From positions 13,950,001 through 14,014,000 of the forward strand of contig OZ024751.1 in assembly GCA_964016885.1 (NCBI GenBank): a DNA stretch of 64,000 nucleotides, read 5' to 3'. Origin of the DNA: Eledone cirrhosa. Its lineage: Eukaryota. The position numbers and the translations under genes were made by a program. Under the pieces are notes generated by a model, which was given only the letters and a program-made list of their open reading frames with translations, was not told the origin of the DNA and did no database searches. Shown in pieces: positions 45,414 through 58,622 of this stretch (position 1 is the first letter of the stretch; each line of letters begins with the position of its first letter).

Positions 45414-46159
45414 CCAGGGAGTGTAACGCGAAGTTACTGTAGGTTCTTCCAGGTGAGCACTCTATGTCTAGGTTCATGTCAGTGGGGAGGTGTAGAGCTA
45501 GACAGAGTGTAATATAATAATTTAATAATAAAAAGGACGATTTGTTAAGCCTTCGTTACGTTTCGCTATTGATCAGCTCAAAGTTCGATCTGTAACGACC
45601 TGGAATCAAAAGCTCGTCGGACATCTGCTGTTGTAATGACAGAATCTTTGTCTTTAACATCATTTAGCTGTTTTCACGGCTTTTCTAACGATGGGTTTTC
45701 TCATTTTTAATATGTATTCAAATTCACATTTCGCTTCGTCTCCATCAGAGATTACATTGTTTTGATTTTATAAACTTACTTACATATTCAGAATTTTTTT
45801 TTAAATTGTAAATAAAATCGGATGATTCTATTTGTTACTCCTTGTACGGTGAGCAAACCTGATAATTTGGGACAACAACAAAAGAGTATCTACAATTGTT
45901 CAGCAAATTTTAATATAATGTATTGGAGCATGACTCTTGTAATTACTTGACTCAGCAATAATCTTGATAAATTACACCGCTTTTCAAAATAAGGTACACT
46001 ACAGGCAATTAAAATATTGTAAATATAAGCCATTGGTGGAAAGGTAAAATACTGAATACATTCCAGGAATACTAAATAAGTACATACACAAGTACAAATA
46101 TAACTGTATGTACACATAAATAGGCCAAGCATAGGGATTCACAATTACTTCTACCTATA

Positions 46160-46712
46160 TACATGCATACATACATACGTGATGACTGCCCACTCGTTAT
46201 CAAGTATGGCCATTACACGATATAACATTATTAATAATTATCAATTAGGACAAAATGAAAACACACACATATAGAACAACCAACCAACTAGTAACATGTA
46301 AATAAACAAATAAATAAACAAATAAAAACACACACAGACACCCGGATGTAACATGCGCAAACTAAGCACACAACACACACAAAAACAAGATGGCGTAGGA
46401 CAGAACAAAGGAGAGGCACAAAACAAAGAAAAGAATCCCCAGTCACTGAAGAGGTCACAGAATGTGTGACGAAAGAACGTTGACAATATATGAACCGTCC
46501 GGTTGTGGAACCAACCAACCGGAAATTTATAAATTTAAAAAAAATGTTTAAACTTATAATTTAATTTATAATAAATTGGAGTGAAAGAAACTGGTGCGTG
46601 TGTTTCTTATTGGCAACATGACCCTTCCAAAATATAACAATATCGGTTTCAACACACGTTTTCAGATAAAGAATCTTGCTAAACAAATTCAGAAACGAAA
46701 TATATAAATATA
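46160..46712 (-). mobile_element. Paralogue of the 6155-6600 composite; hammerhead motif at 46441-46484 (+) with a mutated cleavage triplet
   Basis: Shared flanks and shared CCCCAGTCACTGAAGAGGTCACAGA..GACGAAAGAAC cassette. Confidence 0.75.
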
Positions 46713-46802
46713 TATAAGGCATGTGTCGTGATTCTATAATCGTGGTAAACAGTATGCAAGAGCGTATCTAATATACTCATTTATGAATCTATATTATATT
46801 TG

Positions 46803-46990
46803 TGGTGGATTGGCAGTATCGGTAGAGGGTCGGACGCCATGCTTTGACGCATAGAGTTACGGCCATTGCCATTCTGAGTTCAAATCCCGCCGAGGTTAAC
46901 TTTGCCTTTCATCCTTATGGGTTCGATAAAATAAAGTACCAGTAATACACTGGGTGATTGCTGGCCTTGTGCCAAAAGTAGAAACAATTA
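46803..46990 (+). mobile_element. tRNA-derived SINE
   Basis: Same family as 53380-53570. Confidence 0.9.
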
Positions 46991-47429
46991 TATTTGTATG
47001 CAGTAGCTGACATCTCATGTTATTGTTGTCTAAATCAACCTGGAACAGAAAAAGGAATAAAACGATCAACAAACAAGATTGCATTTTTAAGCAATTCGAT
47101 TTATATGCGCGCGCGCACAGCCAAGGACAGACATACACACACCCGCTCACCCCTGTATATATATAACAATTTCGTTGTCCCACTGCCCCTTACTGCTACT
47201 TTATTTATCGATCCCGGAGGGACGAGTGGTAAAATTGATGTCAACGGGATTTGATTTCAGAGTGCAGAGAGCCTCTGGAAAAATACCACTAGACATTTGA
47301 TCCAAGTCTTGAACGACTGTACTAATCTGCCTCCTTATCCATTCACTGCTACTTTATTTCATTCAACCCCTAAGGATGAAAGCTCAAGTTGCTCACGGTG
47401 GGATTTGAACGCAGAGCTCAGTATTTAGG

Positions 47430-47759
47430 CTATGATGGCACTCCGTTGGTTACGACGGCGAGTGTTCCAATTGATCCAATCAACGGAACAGCTTGCTCAT
47501 GAAATTAACGTGCAAGTGGCTGAGCATTCCACAGACGTGCGTACCCTTAACGTAGTTCTTAGGGAGCTTCAGCGTGATACAGAATGTGACAAGACTGGCC
47601 CTTTGAATTACAGGTACAGCTCATTTTTGCCAGCTGAGTGGACTGGAGCAACGTGAAATAAAATGTCTTGCTGAAGGACACAACGCGCCGCCGGGAATCG
47701 AACTCACGACTTTAGGATTGTGAGCCGAATACCTTAACCGCAAAGCCACGCGCCTTCAT
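47430..47759 (-). mobile_element. Apparently full-length tRNA-derived SINE, second family
   Basis: TGAAGGCGCGTGGCT head, GAGTTCGATTCCC B box, about 330 bp. Confidence 0.85.
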
Positions 47760-47768
47760 CGTTTGGGT

Positions 47769-48080
47769 CAGCGGTCGCCAACCGGTGGTCCGAGAGAAAA
47801 TTTTGGTGGTCTGCAGAAAAATGTGCACATTATTTGCAATTTTTATGTTTTATTAATAATAAAACAAACATAATATACAATATATTTTATAACACCCCTA
47901 AAAAATGTTTCTCCTCAGTAAAGAACTAGCATCTATGAAAGAATTTTACACATATCTATCATCTATCGACAATATGACATACGTACACTTCAGAATTGTT
48001 TCGACCATTGACCATTGATTCATATTAGTGGTCCGCGGGATTTAAAATTATGAATTTAGTGGTCCGTGAGGTCCGACAAG
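47769..48080 (+). mobile_element. hAT-like MITE, right end degraded
   Basis: CAGCGGTCGCCAACC terminus with repeated GTGGTCCG subterminal motifs at both ends. Confidence 0.6.
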
Positions 48081-48146
48081 GAATCAAAATCATAGCGAGT
48101 TGATAAATCAGTGTGTAGTCATGCTGATATCTCTTCTTGCACGAGA

Positions 48147-51100
48147 CTGTAAGGTATGTCTCACACAGCTAAGTCATACTGTGACAGCTGTAGGGTATGT
48201 CTCACACAGCTAAGTCATACTGTGACAGCTGTAGGGTATGTCTCACACAGCTAAGTCCTTCTGTGACAGCTGTAGGGTATGTCTCACACAGCTAAGTCCT
48301 TCTGTGACAGCTGTAAGGTATGTCTCACACAGCTAAGTCCTTCTGTGACAGCTGTAGGGTATGTCTCACACAGCTAAGTCATACTGTGACAGCTGTAGGG
48401 TATGTCTCACACAGCTAAGTCCTTCTGTGACAGCTGTAGGGTATGTCTCACACAGCTAAGTCCTTCTGTGACAGCTGTAAGGTATGTCTCACACAGCTAA
48501 GTCCTTCTGTGACAGCTGTAGGGTATGTCTCACACAGCTAAGTCATACTGTGACAGCTGTAGGGTATGTCTCACACAGCTAAGTCCTTCTGTGACAGCTG
48601 TAGGGTATGTCTCACACAGCTAAGTCCTTCTGTGACAGCTGTAGGGTATGTCTCACACAGCTAAGTCATACTGTGACAGCTGTAGGGTATGTCTCACACA
48701 GCTAAGTCCTTCTGTGACAGCTGTAGGGTCTGTCTCACACAGCTAAGTCCTTCTGTGACAGCTGTAGGGTATGTCTCACACAGCTAAGTCCTTCTGTGAC
48801 AGCTGTAAGGTATGTCTCACACAGCTAAGTCATACTGTGACAGCTGTAAGGTATGTCTCACACAGCTAAGTCCTTCTGTGACAGCTGTAGGGTATGTCTC
48901 ACACAGCTAAGTCATACTGTGACAGCTGTAGGGTATGTCTCACACAGCTAAGTCCTTCTGTGACAGCTGTAGGGTATGTCTCACACAGCTAAGTCCTTCT
49001 GTGACAGCTGTAAGGTATGTCTCACACAGCTAAGTCATACTGTGACAGCTGTAAGGTATGTCTCACACAGCTAAGTCCTTCTGTGACAGCTGTAGGGTAT
49101 GTCTCACACAGCTAAGTCATACTGTGACAGCTGTAGGGTATGTCTCACACAGCTAAGTCCTTCTGTGACAGCTGTAGGGTATGTCTCACACAGCTAAGTC
49201 CTTCTGTGACAGCTGTAGGGTATGTCTCACACAGCTAAGTCCTTCTGTGACAGCTGTAGGGTATGTCTCACACAGCTAAGTCCTTCTGTGACAGCTGTAG
49301 GGTATGTCTCACACAGCTAAGTCATACTGTGACAGCTGTAAGGTATGTCTCACACAGCTAAGTCCTTCTGTGACAGCTGTAAGGTATGTCTCACACAGCT
49401 AAGTCATACTGTGACAGCTGTAGGGTATGTCTCACACAGCTAAGTCCTGTGACAGCTGTAAGGTATGTCTCACACAGCTAAGTCCTTCTGTGACAGCTGT
49501 AGGGTATGTCTCACACAGCTAAGTCATTCTGTGACAGCTGTAAGGTATGTCTCACACAGCTAAGTCCTTCTGTGACAGCTGTAGGGTATGTCTCACACAG
49601 CTAAGTCATACTGTGACAGCTGTAAGGTATGTCTCACACAGCTAAGTCCTTCTGTGACAGCTGTAAGGTATGTCTCACACAGCTAAGTCCTTCTGTGACA
49701 GCTGTAGGGTATGTCTCACACAGCTAAGTCATACTGTGACAGCTGTAAGGTATGTCTCACACAGCTAAGTCCTTCTGTGACAGCTGTAAGGTATGTCTCA
49801 CACAGCTAAGTCCTTCTGTGACAGCTGTAGGGTATGTCTCACACAGCTAAGTCATACTGTGACAGCTGTAAGGTATGTCTCACACAGCTAAGTCCTTCTG
49901 TGACAGCTGTAGGGTATGTCTCACACAGCTAAGTCATACTGTGACAGCTGTAAGGTATGTCTCACACAGCTAAGTCCTTCTGTGACAGCTGTAAGGTATG
50001 TCTCACACAGCTAAGTCCTTCTGTGACAGCTGTAGGGTATGTCTCACACAGCTAAGTCATACTGTGACAGCTGTAAGGTATGTCTCACACAGCTAAGTCC
50101 TTCTGTGACAGCTGTAGGGTATGTCTCACACAGCTAAGTCATACTGTGACAGCTGTAGGGTATGTCTCACACAGCTAAGTCATACTGTGACAGCTGTAGG
50201 GTATGTCTCACACAGCTAAGTCCTTCTGTGACAGCTGTAGGGTATGTCTCACACAGCTAAGTCATACTGTGACAGCTGTAAGGTATGTCTCACACAGCTA
50301 AGTCCTTCTGTGACAGCTGTAGGGTATGTCTCCCACAGCTAAGTCATACTGTGACAGCTGTAGGGTATGTCTCACACAGCTAAGTCCTTCTGTGACAGCT
50401 GTAGGGTATGTCTCACACAGCTAAGTCCTTCTGTGACAGCTGTAGGGTATGTCTCACACAGCTAAGTCCTTCTGTGACAGCTGTAAGGTATGTCTCACAC
50501 AGCTAAGTCCTTCTGTGACAGCTGTAAGGTATGTCTCACACAGCTAAGTCCTTCTGTGACAGCTGCAAGGTATGTCTCACACAGCTAAGTCCTTCTGTGA
50601 CAGCTGTAAGGTATGTCTCACACAGCTAAGTCCTTCTGTGACAGCTGTAGGGTATGTCTCACACAGCTAAGTCCTTCTGTGACAGCTGTAAGGTATGTCT
50701 CACACAGCTAAGTCCTTCTGTGACAGCTGTAGGGTATGTCTCACACAGCTAAGTCCTTCTGTGACAGCTGTAGGGTATGTCTCACACAGCTAAGTCCTTC
50801 TGTGACAGCTGTAAGGTATGTCTCACACAGCTAAGTCCTTCTGTGACAGCTGTAGGGTATGTCTCACACAGCTAAGTCATTCTGTGACAGCTGTAAGGTA
50901 TGTCTCACACAGCTAAGTCCTTCTGTGACAGCTGTAGGGTATGTCTCACACAGCTAAGTCCTTCTGTGACAGCTGTAAGGTATGTCTCACACAGCTAAGT
51001 CCTTCTGTGACAGCTGTAAGGTATGTCTCACACAGCTAAGTCCTTCTGTGACAGCTGTAGGGTATGTCTCACACAGCTAAGTCCTTCTGTGACAGCTGTA

Positions 51101-51167
51101 GGGTATGTCTCACACAGCTAAGTCCTTCTGTGACAGCTGTAAGGTATGTCTCACACAGCTAAGTCCT
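48147..51167. repeat. 41-bp minisatellite, about 74 copies
   Basis: Unit CTGTA(A/G)GGTATGTCTCACACAGCTAAGTC(ATA/CTT)CTGTGACAG. Confidence 0.97.
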
Positions 51168-51259
51168 ATTGATCACCTTGAAAGGCGACTTGTTTTTGTC
51201 AGCTCTAGACATCTACATGAATCAAACAATCTATCACTTGATCAAACTATTGGTATGGT

Positions 51260-51611
51260 CCCGTAACTCCCGTAGGGACGCCACATTGACATACGGCGTT
51301 TTGTGTGTGTGTGGGGTGGGGGGCGTTTTTAAACCTGGCAGAGCTCATCCATCTCCAGGCCTGACTACAACACGTTTTTTGTTTTTTTTTCCCAGAGAAG
51401 GATAGATAATGAAAGAGAGGAAGTGAGAAAGACATATAGAGGAAGAATCGATACCAGTACTAGACTGGTATTTTTTTTTTTTTCATCGACCTCGAAAGGA
51501 TGAAATGTAAAGTTGACCTCGGTGGGATTTGAACTCAGAGAGCAGAGAGTCAGGATGAATGCCACAAAGCATTCTACCCGACGTTCTAACAACTCTGTCA
51601 ATTCGCCGCCT
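51260..51611 (-). mobile_element. SINE subfamily with a long 3' extension; second copy at 62700-63035
   Basis: SINE head and core at the right; both copies share ATTGACATACGGCGTTT and AGAGGAAGAATCGA. Confidence 0.75.
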
Positions 51612-51637
51612 TGATCAAACTATTACTGAAACTCATA

Positions 51638-51982
51638 TGCGAGAGTCGACTGAAAAGTTCATAAGCTGACTATAAAGGAGTGATGCTAGAGCTATGAAAT
51701 CTGGCATGCACTAATTTCAACTCTTCTTATTAATAAATGCATTGATTTTTTTTTCCATGGACTATGTTGAAAAATAAACCTCATTTGGACATTCCATGAG
51801 AGTATCTTGATCAGCCTATGAAGGATTGATGTTAGGGCTGTGAAATCTTGCATGCATTAATTTCAACTATTTTTTATTAATAACTGCATTGTTTCTTTCC
51901 AGGGACTATGTTGAAAAATAAAACTCATTTGGTCATTCCATGAGAGTATCTTGGTGATACCCACCTTTTTCAAACTGCTCGT
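51638..51982. mobile_element. Decayed Tc1/mariner-like MITE with an internal duplication
   Basis: TGCGAGAGTCGACTGAAAAGTT left end and CTTTTTCAAACTGCTCGT right end resemble mariner TACGAGGG..TGAAAAGT TIRs. Confidence 0.55.
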
Positions 51983-52044
51983 TCAGTATCTTAGTAATCA
52001 GTGCTAGATAAATATAATATCTACATGGGTTACACATATTAATC

Positions 52045-52610
52045 CGCGCAAGTAGTGCATACTTAGCACCATAGGCGCTGAGCTGGCGAGCTGCAGGTGT
52101 GAGCCTCGCGAGATGGAATGGCTCTTCCAGCGCATCTCCCTTACAATCCTCTGGGGAAACGCCTTCTCAATTCTGTTCGCCGGGGCCGTGAGGCAACCAT
52201 CACTTAGTACCCCATTTTCTCATAATAGTGAAAGATGGGGAGGGCGAGAAAGATGGAGCCGATGACAGTGGGAGTTCGGCTCCTCTGTGTTCGGACCTGG
52301 TGTCCAACAAATTGTAAAAAGCTTTACAAAACGGGCAGTTAAAGTAACTACGTCTACTATACTATCTCGTCTGGGATGCCACTTGCAGCGACACTTTCTC
52401 CAGCCGCAACCCTGGTGCAGTCTGCGACTAACACAGCGCATCTCCCTTACCATCCACCGGGGAAAAGCCTTCTCCATTCTGTCCGCCAGGGCTGTGGGGA
52501 GACCAGCACGTGGGACCCCATTTGCTCACCATACAGAGAGATGGGGAGGGCGAGGGAGATGGAGATGGAGGCGATGACAGTGGGAGTTCGGCTCTTCCAC
52601 GTTCGGACCA
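52045..52610 (+). mobile_element. Two tandem CRE-clade-like 3' end fragments
   Basis: EPREMEWLFQRISLTILWGNAFSIL and QRISLTIHRGKAFSIL, each followed by the same CCCCAT..ATGGGG hairpin and GATGACAGTGGGAGTTCGGCTC. Confidence 0.65.
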
Positions 52611-52972
52611 TATCCTTGTGGTTGTGTTCATATGATTATTTTATTTGTCGGCTTTGAAAATATCCAGGCAGGATTCACGCAGTTGTTATAAGTAATAGAA
52701 CTGAACATAGGAACTAGAATTTGAGGCAATCCTGCATCACCCTCAAAAACATAGTTCCATGTCACCTGGTCCGCTTGGCCCACAAGATACTCCTCTACTT
52801 CCTCCCACATTTCATTAATCTGCAATGTACTTTTATACTTGTAAAACCCCGCTGCGTGTACATCATGCTGTCTCCATGCGACGGACATTTCCCTGATATA
52901 CCCTCACCACACAACCAGCTATTTCTAAAGCGATCCAACTGACATTGAATAGAAAACAGCGTCGCCACATCC

Positions 52973-52993
52973 ATTACTACTACCACCTCCACC

Positions 52994-53025
<32 letters not shown>

Positions 53026-53255
53026 CACTACCACCACTACTACTACAACTGTTACTAATACTGCTACTATCACCACTACTACTATAACTGTTACTACTAC
53101 TGCTACTATCACCACCACAACTACTACTACTATTGCTACTACTACTACTACTACTACAACTATTACTACTACTACCACCGCCACCACCAATACTGCTACT
53201 ACCACCACCACCAAAACCACTACTACTACTACCACCACTACCGCCGCCACCACCT
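52973..53255. repeat. (ACT/ACC)n trinucleotide tract
   Basis: Direct inspection; source of the poly-Val ORF. Confidence 0.95.
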
Positions 53256-53379
53256 TTAACACTTCTTGCTATTCTTCAACCGCACCTTCCTAATTTCTGA
53301 TCAGCGTGGCTAAGCATTTTCTTCAGTGATACAATAAAGAAAAAGTTGTTATTAATGTATGTTTCTTTGTACGCTTCAT

Positions 53380-53570
53380 GGCGGTGGATTGGCAGTATCG
53401 GTAGAGGTTCGGACGCCATGCTTTGACGCATAGAGTTACGGCCCTTGCCATTCTGAGTTCAAATCCCGCCGAGGTTAACTTTGCCTTTCATCCTTACGGG
53501 GTCGATAAAATAAAGTACCAGTAATGTACTGGGTAATTTTCTGGCCTTGTGCCAATAGTAGAAACAATTA
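53380..53570 (+). mobile_element. Full-length tRNA-derived SINE
   Basis: GGCGGTGGATTGGCAGTATCGG, B box, core, tail. Confidence 0.92.
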
Positions 53571-53654
53571 ATGTATGTTTCTTTTATTTGCCACTAGGGC
53601 ATCAAAAGTGGGACAAGTACAATGGGGGAAGTTTACACAAAAAGGCGTCCTCAA

Positions 53655-53687
<33 letters not shown>

Positions 53688-53689
<2 letters not shown>

Positions 53690-54127
53690 AAAGTTATATT
53701 TAAATTGTTGGGTTACAACTAGTAAATATTTATAACTGATATAAAAGCACTCGACAAGTATTTGGAGTATATTTACAATATTAAATAAATGGAAACTATA
53801 TTTATAAAACCATATTTATTTCATTATATATATTTCAGGGATATCATATTAACAATATGCTATGCCTTCCTCAGACAAAATACAATATAAACAGTTTTAT
53901 AGATAAATAGATTCGACATACCGTAACAACATCGACTTGTATTTGAAAAGACCAACCTTTTCAAATACAAGTCGATGTTGTTACGGTATGTCGAATCTAT
54001 TTATCTATAAAACTGTTTATATTGTATTTTGTCTGAGGAAGGCATAGCATATTGTTAATATGATATCCCTGAAATATATATAATGAAATAAATATGGTTT
54101 TATAAATATAGTTTCCATTTATTTAAT

Positions 54128-54133
<6 letters not shown>
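53688..54133 (-). mobile_element. Fold-back element: 177-bp arms (53774-53950 and 53957-54133) plus tail, between (AT)n tracts
   Basis: Arms are reverse complements around the loop ACCAAC. Confidence 0.9.
54025..54090 (+). ncRNA. Type-I hammerhead ribozyme (mirror copy 53817-53882 on -)
   Basis: TATTTTGT-CTGAGGA-AGGcATAgCATATT gtt AATATGaTATcCCT-GAAA-TATATA-TA-ATGAAATA. Confidence 0.85.
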
Positions 54134-54197
<64 letters not shown>

Positions 54198-54198
<1 letters not shown>

Positions 54199-55276
54199 TA
54201 GCAGAGGTACCCGGCGTTTGCTCGGATATTAAATAGCAGTTGTGTATACCATTTATGTCAATACTTCAGTGCTGCTTCGAAAACTATACTTTTACAAAAA
54301 TCATCGGCTTTTTCCAAAAGGGGGTTCCTGCCCCCAGGGGTCCCCTACCCAATATGTGCCAATTCTGAGAGTTCACATTCATCTGTAGGACAAACGTAGC
54401 CCATGTGTCAAGTTTTGTGAAAATCGGTTGCGAACTCCAGAAGTTATGATGTTTTGTTGCATTGCACTGCAGTGCTTCAGTCGACTCCAAGGAAGTGGTT
54501 AAAGGGGTTATCTGCCGGGGAGCCCTATAATCAATATCTGGAAAAATGACAGTGCCCATGACCATCCGGGGTACATAAGTAACCTATGTCTTAAGTTTGG
54601 TGAAAATACTGTAGAAATGCATAAGGTTTATACATACGCGCGTGTGTTCGTATGTGTGTTCGTGTGTGTGTTTGTGTGTGTGTGGGGTATGTATTTGTGT
54701 GTACGTATGTATGTGTATGTCCGTCGGGTCATACGTATGTGCTGGCCTAAATCTTCACTATTTACTTTTACTATTTTAATAACCTCTGTCATTTTCGTTT
54801 TCAATTTTATTTACATCATTCTTAAACTCTGGAGCTGGAAATCATTCTGTTATTTTAAATAGGATATTAATCTAACGACTCCATTTATACCATAAACTTG
54901 GTCTTGTCTTTGCATGAAATTGTTCTTTACGATCCACATAATGACGTATTATACTCGCTTTTTTCCCGTTCATTGCCAGGGAACGTCTTCACGAACCAAA
55001 ATATCGTATTCCTGTTTTCGTTCGGTTACAACATTTCTCGAAATATTTACTTCTGCGTTCACAGATTACTCTCAGTTCAATTTGAATGGGAAATTCTTGT
55101 TTCATCGATTTTCTCCGTAACCATGGAAGCTTGTAGCTTGAAAGTCGATCCAACGCCTCCTCGGGTCATTCTGCATAACTGTGTAAATTTTCGTTGCATT
55201 CGATCAAGCCGTTTCGACGTTTATCCGACTACACCTACATATACAACGTCCGACCACTTCCAATTTATATAGTAGA
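54198..55276 (-). mobile_element. Non-autonomous Helitron, second family
   Basis: Minus strand starts TCTACTATATAAATTGG and ends CCGAGCAAACGCCGGGTACCTCTG-CTAG; A|T insertion context. Confidence 0.75.
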
Positions 55277-55830
55277 TTTGTTTATATATGAATGACAAAA
55301 AGAAAAGTACAAAACTATACATGAATTGTTGCTACTAAACCTTCAATTTAAGACACAACCTACATATGTGATAGGACTCCAGCTCACACCTTCTTCTTCT
55401 TTTTCTCCCCCTGGAACATTGGGCTGCGAGCCACCCCCCCACACAACGCCATGTTCTGAGTCTGCTTTTAAACTCCACCGTGATGAACTCTGCGTCATGG
55501 TGTATCTAACCATTTTTTTAGGTCTTACTACGGCTGATTTCTTCCAGAGAGAAAGAAAGAGATGGAAAAATGCAGAGAAGATTCATCCCCGGAGGAATAA
55601 TAAAAAATGTTTACACTGCATATTTCATTTTTTCAAAGCTGCCGATCCAAAATCAGTAATTCAACTCCCTGAAAACTTTCAAATATATGCTGTTCTAGCA
55701 TGAATATTATGCTAAGGATAAGCTGTCCACAAAGTAAGATTTACTTGCATATCCCCGCTCATATAAACACATAAATACATGCATACATACATTACAGTTG
55801 ATATTTATTTTTATTAAAGCGTTTTCATAT

Positions 55831-55878
<48 letters not shown>

Positions 55879-56208
55879 CGAAACATAAGTCAATTGCATG
55901 AACTCATAATTCTTTATTTACTGCTTTATTTGTATGAAATTGTAAATAACTCATCCAAGTATTAGAACATGGGGAAATAACTCACCGAACGCGATAGTAA
56001 ATAGATCGTTTTGGGGCCACAGGGAACACATTTTTAGAGATTTGAAACCTCGCTTATTTGCTTCCTTGGCACCTTTTACATAGGTGTGTAAATTTTCATG
56101 TCCGTCCGACCACGTCTACTACCATTTAACCGTGCACAACTGAATTTCAACCACCACCCATTTCACAAATATATATTAGATATATATAATATATATATAT
56201 ATAATATA

Positions 56209-56792
56209 CTAGCAGTTGTACCCGGCGTTGCACGGGATAAGGTATTGTGAAATATATAACCGCCTGAGCTAAGCTTAGTATTGCCACAACCACGGCTGGC
56301 AAAGAAGTAAGGGTCTGGTGGTCCGTAAGTAAGCAACACTGTGACTTAAAACGTGAGGAAGAAGTTGTGTACACTTACCAACTGTTTGGGGAATGAGTGT
56401 GAGATTTGCTTTGAGCGAGGGTGGCTGAATAACCTGAGGCAGCAGACATACAGACAGATATTATAAGGACGCGTTCTGAACGCAGAGCGGATTGTAGGAA
56501 GTGACGTAAAGCAGACAGCCAGACATGCAGACATATATTATAAGGGCGCGACGTTATATGTATGTATCTATCTAAAAAGCGAAAGACTAAGAAATATAGA
56601 GAGAGATCGCTAAATCGCCTAATGCGGTCCCTAGGACATTGAAAATTTGAAATTTTTTTTTGCTCAGAACACTCCTTGAAACATAAGTATTACATGTGTA
56701 AAGTTTGAAAACTGTCGGTTGGGTGCTTCTCTAGTTTAGGGATTCAAACTCACACACACACAGACAGACATCCTCAGTTTTATATATATAGA
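56209..56792 (-). mobile_element. Non-autonomous Helitron (family of 17414-18406)
   Basis: Same 5' TC end and 3' hairpin plus CTAG. Confidence 0.82.
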
Positions 56793-56933
56793 CTAGCAGA
56801 AAACCACCCGGTGGGCGGTTTTCTGCTAGCAAATCTAGTGTATATACTGATATTGTTGAGATTTTTACCGGTTACGCATATAAATATATATAAGTTGTTT
56901 TTAATTATATATAAATAAAAATATATATACTTA

Positions 56934-57612
56934 CTAGCAGTGGTACCCGGCGTTGCACGGGATAAGGTATTTTGGAACGCGGGCCACCAACATGTAAATA
57001 AAATAAACCGAATACTCTGATGGCTGGTTAATCTTTAAGATTTTCCTCGATGAAGCAGGAAAAATGCAGGTTTTCACCTAATGCGGGCCCTAGGCCATAA
57101 AAAAGTTGGATTTTCTTTGCTCACGGTATGAAGAAGAGACTGACTAATACATAGTTACAATTTCAAGGAAAACGCAGTTTTTCACCTAATGCGGGCAGGC
57201 CCTAGGGGATCAAAAAGTTGAATCTTTTTATGTGCATAACACTCCCTGAAACATAGATAATAAACATGTAAAGTTTGAAAAAAGTCGGTTGGGTACTTCT
57301 CGAGTTTTAGGGATTCAAACTCACACACACACACACACACACAGACACAACCTCAGCGAAGTGACGTAATGCAGACAGCCAGACATACAGACAAATATTA
57401 TAAGGGCGCGACGTTATATGTATGTAGCTATCTAAAGAGAGAAAGACTAAGAATTATAGACAGAGATCGCTAAATCGCCTAATGCGGTCCGTAGGGTATT
57501 GAAAATTTGGATTTTTTTTTTGCTCAGAACACTCCCTGAAACATAAGTATTACATGTGTAAAGTTTGAAAACAGTCGGTTAGGTGCTTCTCTAGTTTTAG
57601 AGATTCAAACTA

Positions 57613-57647
<35 letters not shown>

Positions 57648-57669
57648 TCCTCAGTTTCATATATATAGA
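56934..57669 (-). mobile_element. Non-autonomous Helitron (family of 17414-18406)
   Basis: Colinear with 17414-18406, with deletions. Confidence 0.82.
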
Positions 57670-57689
57670 ATATTTATATACATATATAT

Positions 57690-58113
57690 ATATTACTTCA
57701 AAATATTAATAAATATAGACATTCATGTGATCAAGTATATTTTATTATACATATTTCAGAGGTACTGAGCTATTTCATCAGTACGTCCTCATCAGATAAA
57801 ATAAATTGATGTCTGACTTGCCTCAACTGTGCTGATGGTTCAATTCCAGTCTTGGCTGCCAAGATTGGATTTGAACTATCAGCACAGTTGAGGCAAGTCA
57901 GACATCAATTTATTTTATCTGATGAGGACGTACTGATGAAATAGCTCAGTACCTCTGAAATATGTATAATAAAATATACTTGATCACATGAATGTCTATA
58001 TTTATTAATATTTTGAAGTAATATTAATAACTCCAGAAAATCTCACTGTTGAGTGCTTCTAATCTATTTAAAACTTTACTCATTAATTAATTCAATGAAC
58101 CTTGTTAAAGTTT

Positions 58114-58117
<4 letters not shown>
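57690..58117 (+). mobile_element. Fold-back element: palindrome 57690-58024 centred on 57857 plus tail with TTGAGTGCT
   Basis: About 167-bp near-perfect arms; AT-repeat sequence on both sides. Confidence 0.9.
57911..57976 (+). ncRNA. Type-I hammerhead ribozyme (mirror copy 57738-57803 on -)
   Basis: TATTTTAT-CTGATGA-GGAcGTACTGA..TCAGTACcTCT-GAAA-TATGTA-TA-ATAAAATA. Confidence 0.87.
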
Positions 58118-58192
<75 letters not shown>

Positions 58193-58310
58193 GAAAAGTA
58201 TAGAAATTATTGTGAGCGTGAAGCCAACAGTATTTCATTGCACTGGGTAATTGCTGGCCTTGTGCCTAAAGTAGAAACAAGTATTTCATGATATATAAGT
58301 GACTATAACG

Positions 58311-58360
<50 letters not shown>

Positions 58361-58369
58361 CTACATATA

Positions 58370-58428
<59 letters not shown>

Positions 58429-58533
58429 GAAAAACAAGGGGAAGAAGAATACTGCATGGTTGCACATGGATTACATATTATAAAATTAGTCCCTCATCAG
58501 TGATTATATATATACATAGAGATATTCAAAAAC

Positions 58534-58622
<89 letters not shown>

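Noticed and set aside
48147-51167. CRISPR-like appearance of the 41-bp array
   Set aside because: No unique spacers, no cas genes, eukaryotic context.
52628-52940. Possible LINE C-terminal remnant
   Set aside because: No diagnostic motif that I can identify with confidence.
52795-53262. Poly-valine membrane-like ORF
   Set aside because: Translation of an (ACT/ACC)n repeat.
53380-53475. tRNA genes suggested by A and B boxes
   Set aside because: These are SINE heads that continue into the SINE core and tail, with no evident cloverleaf.
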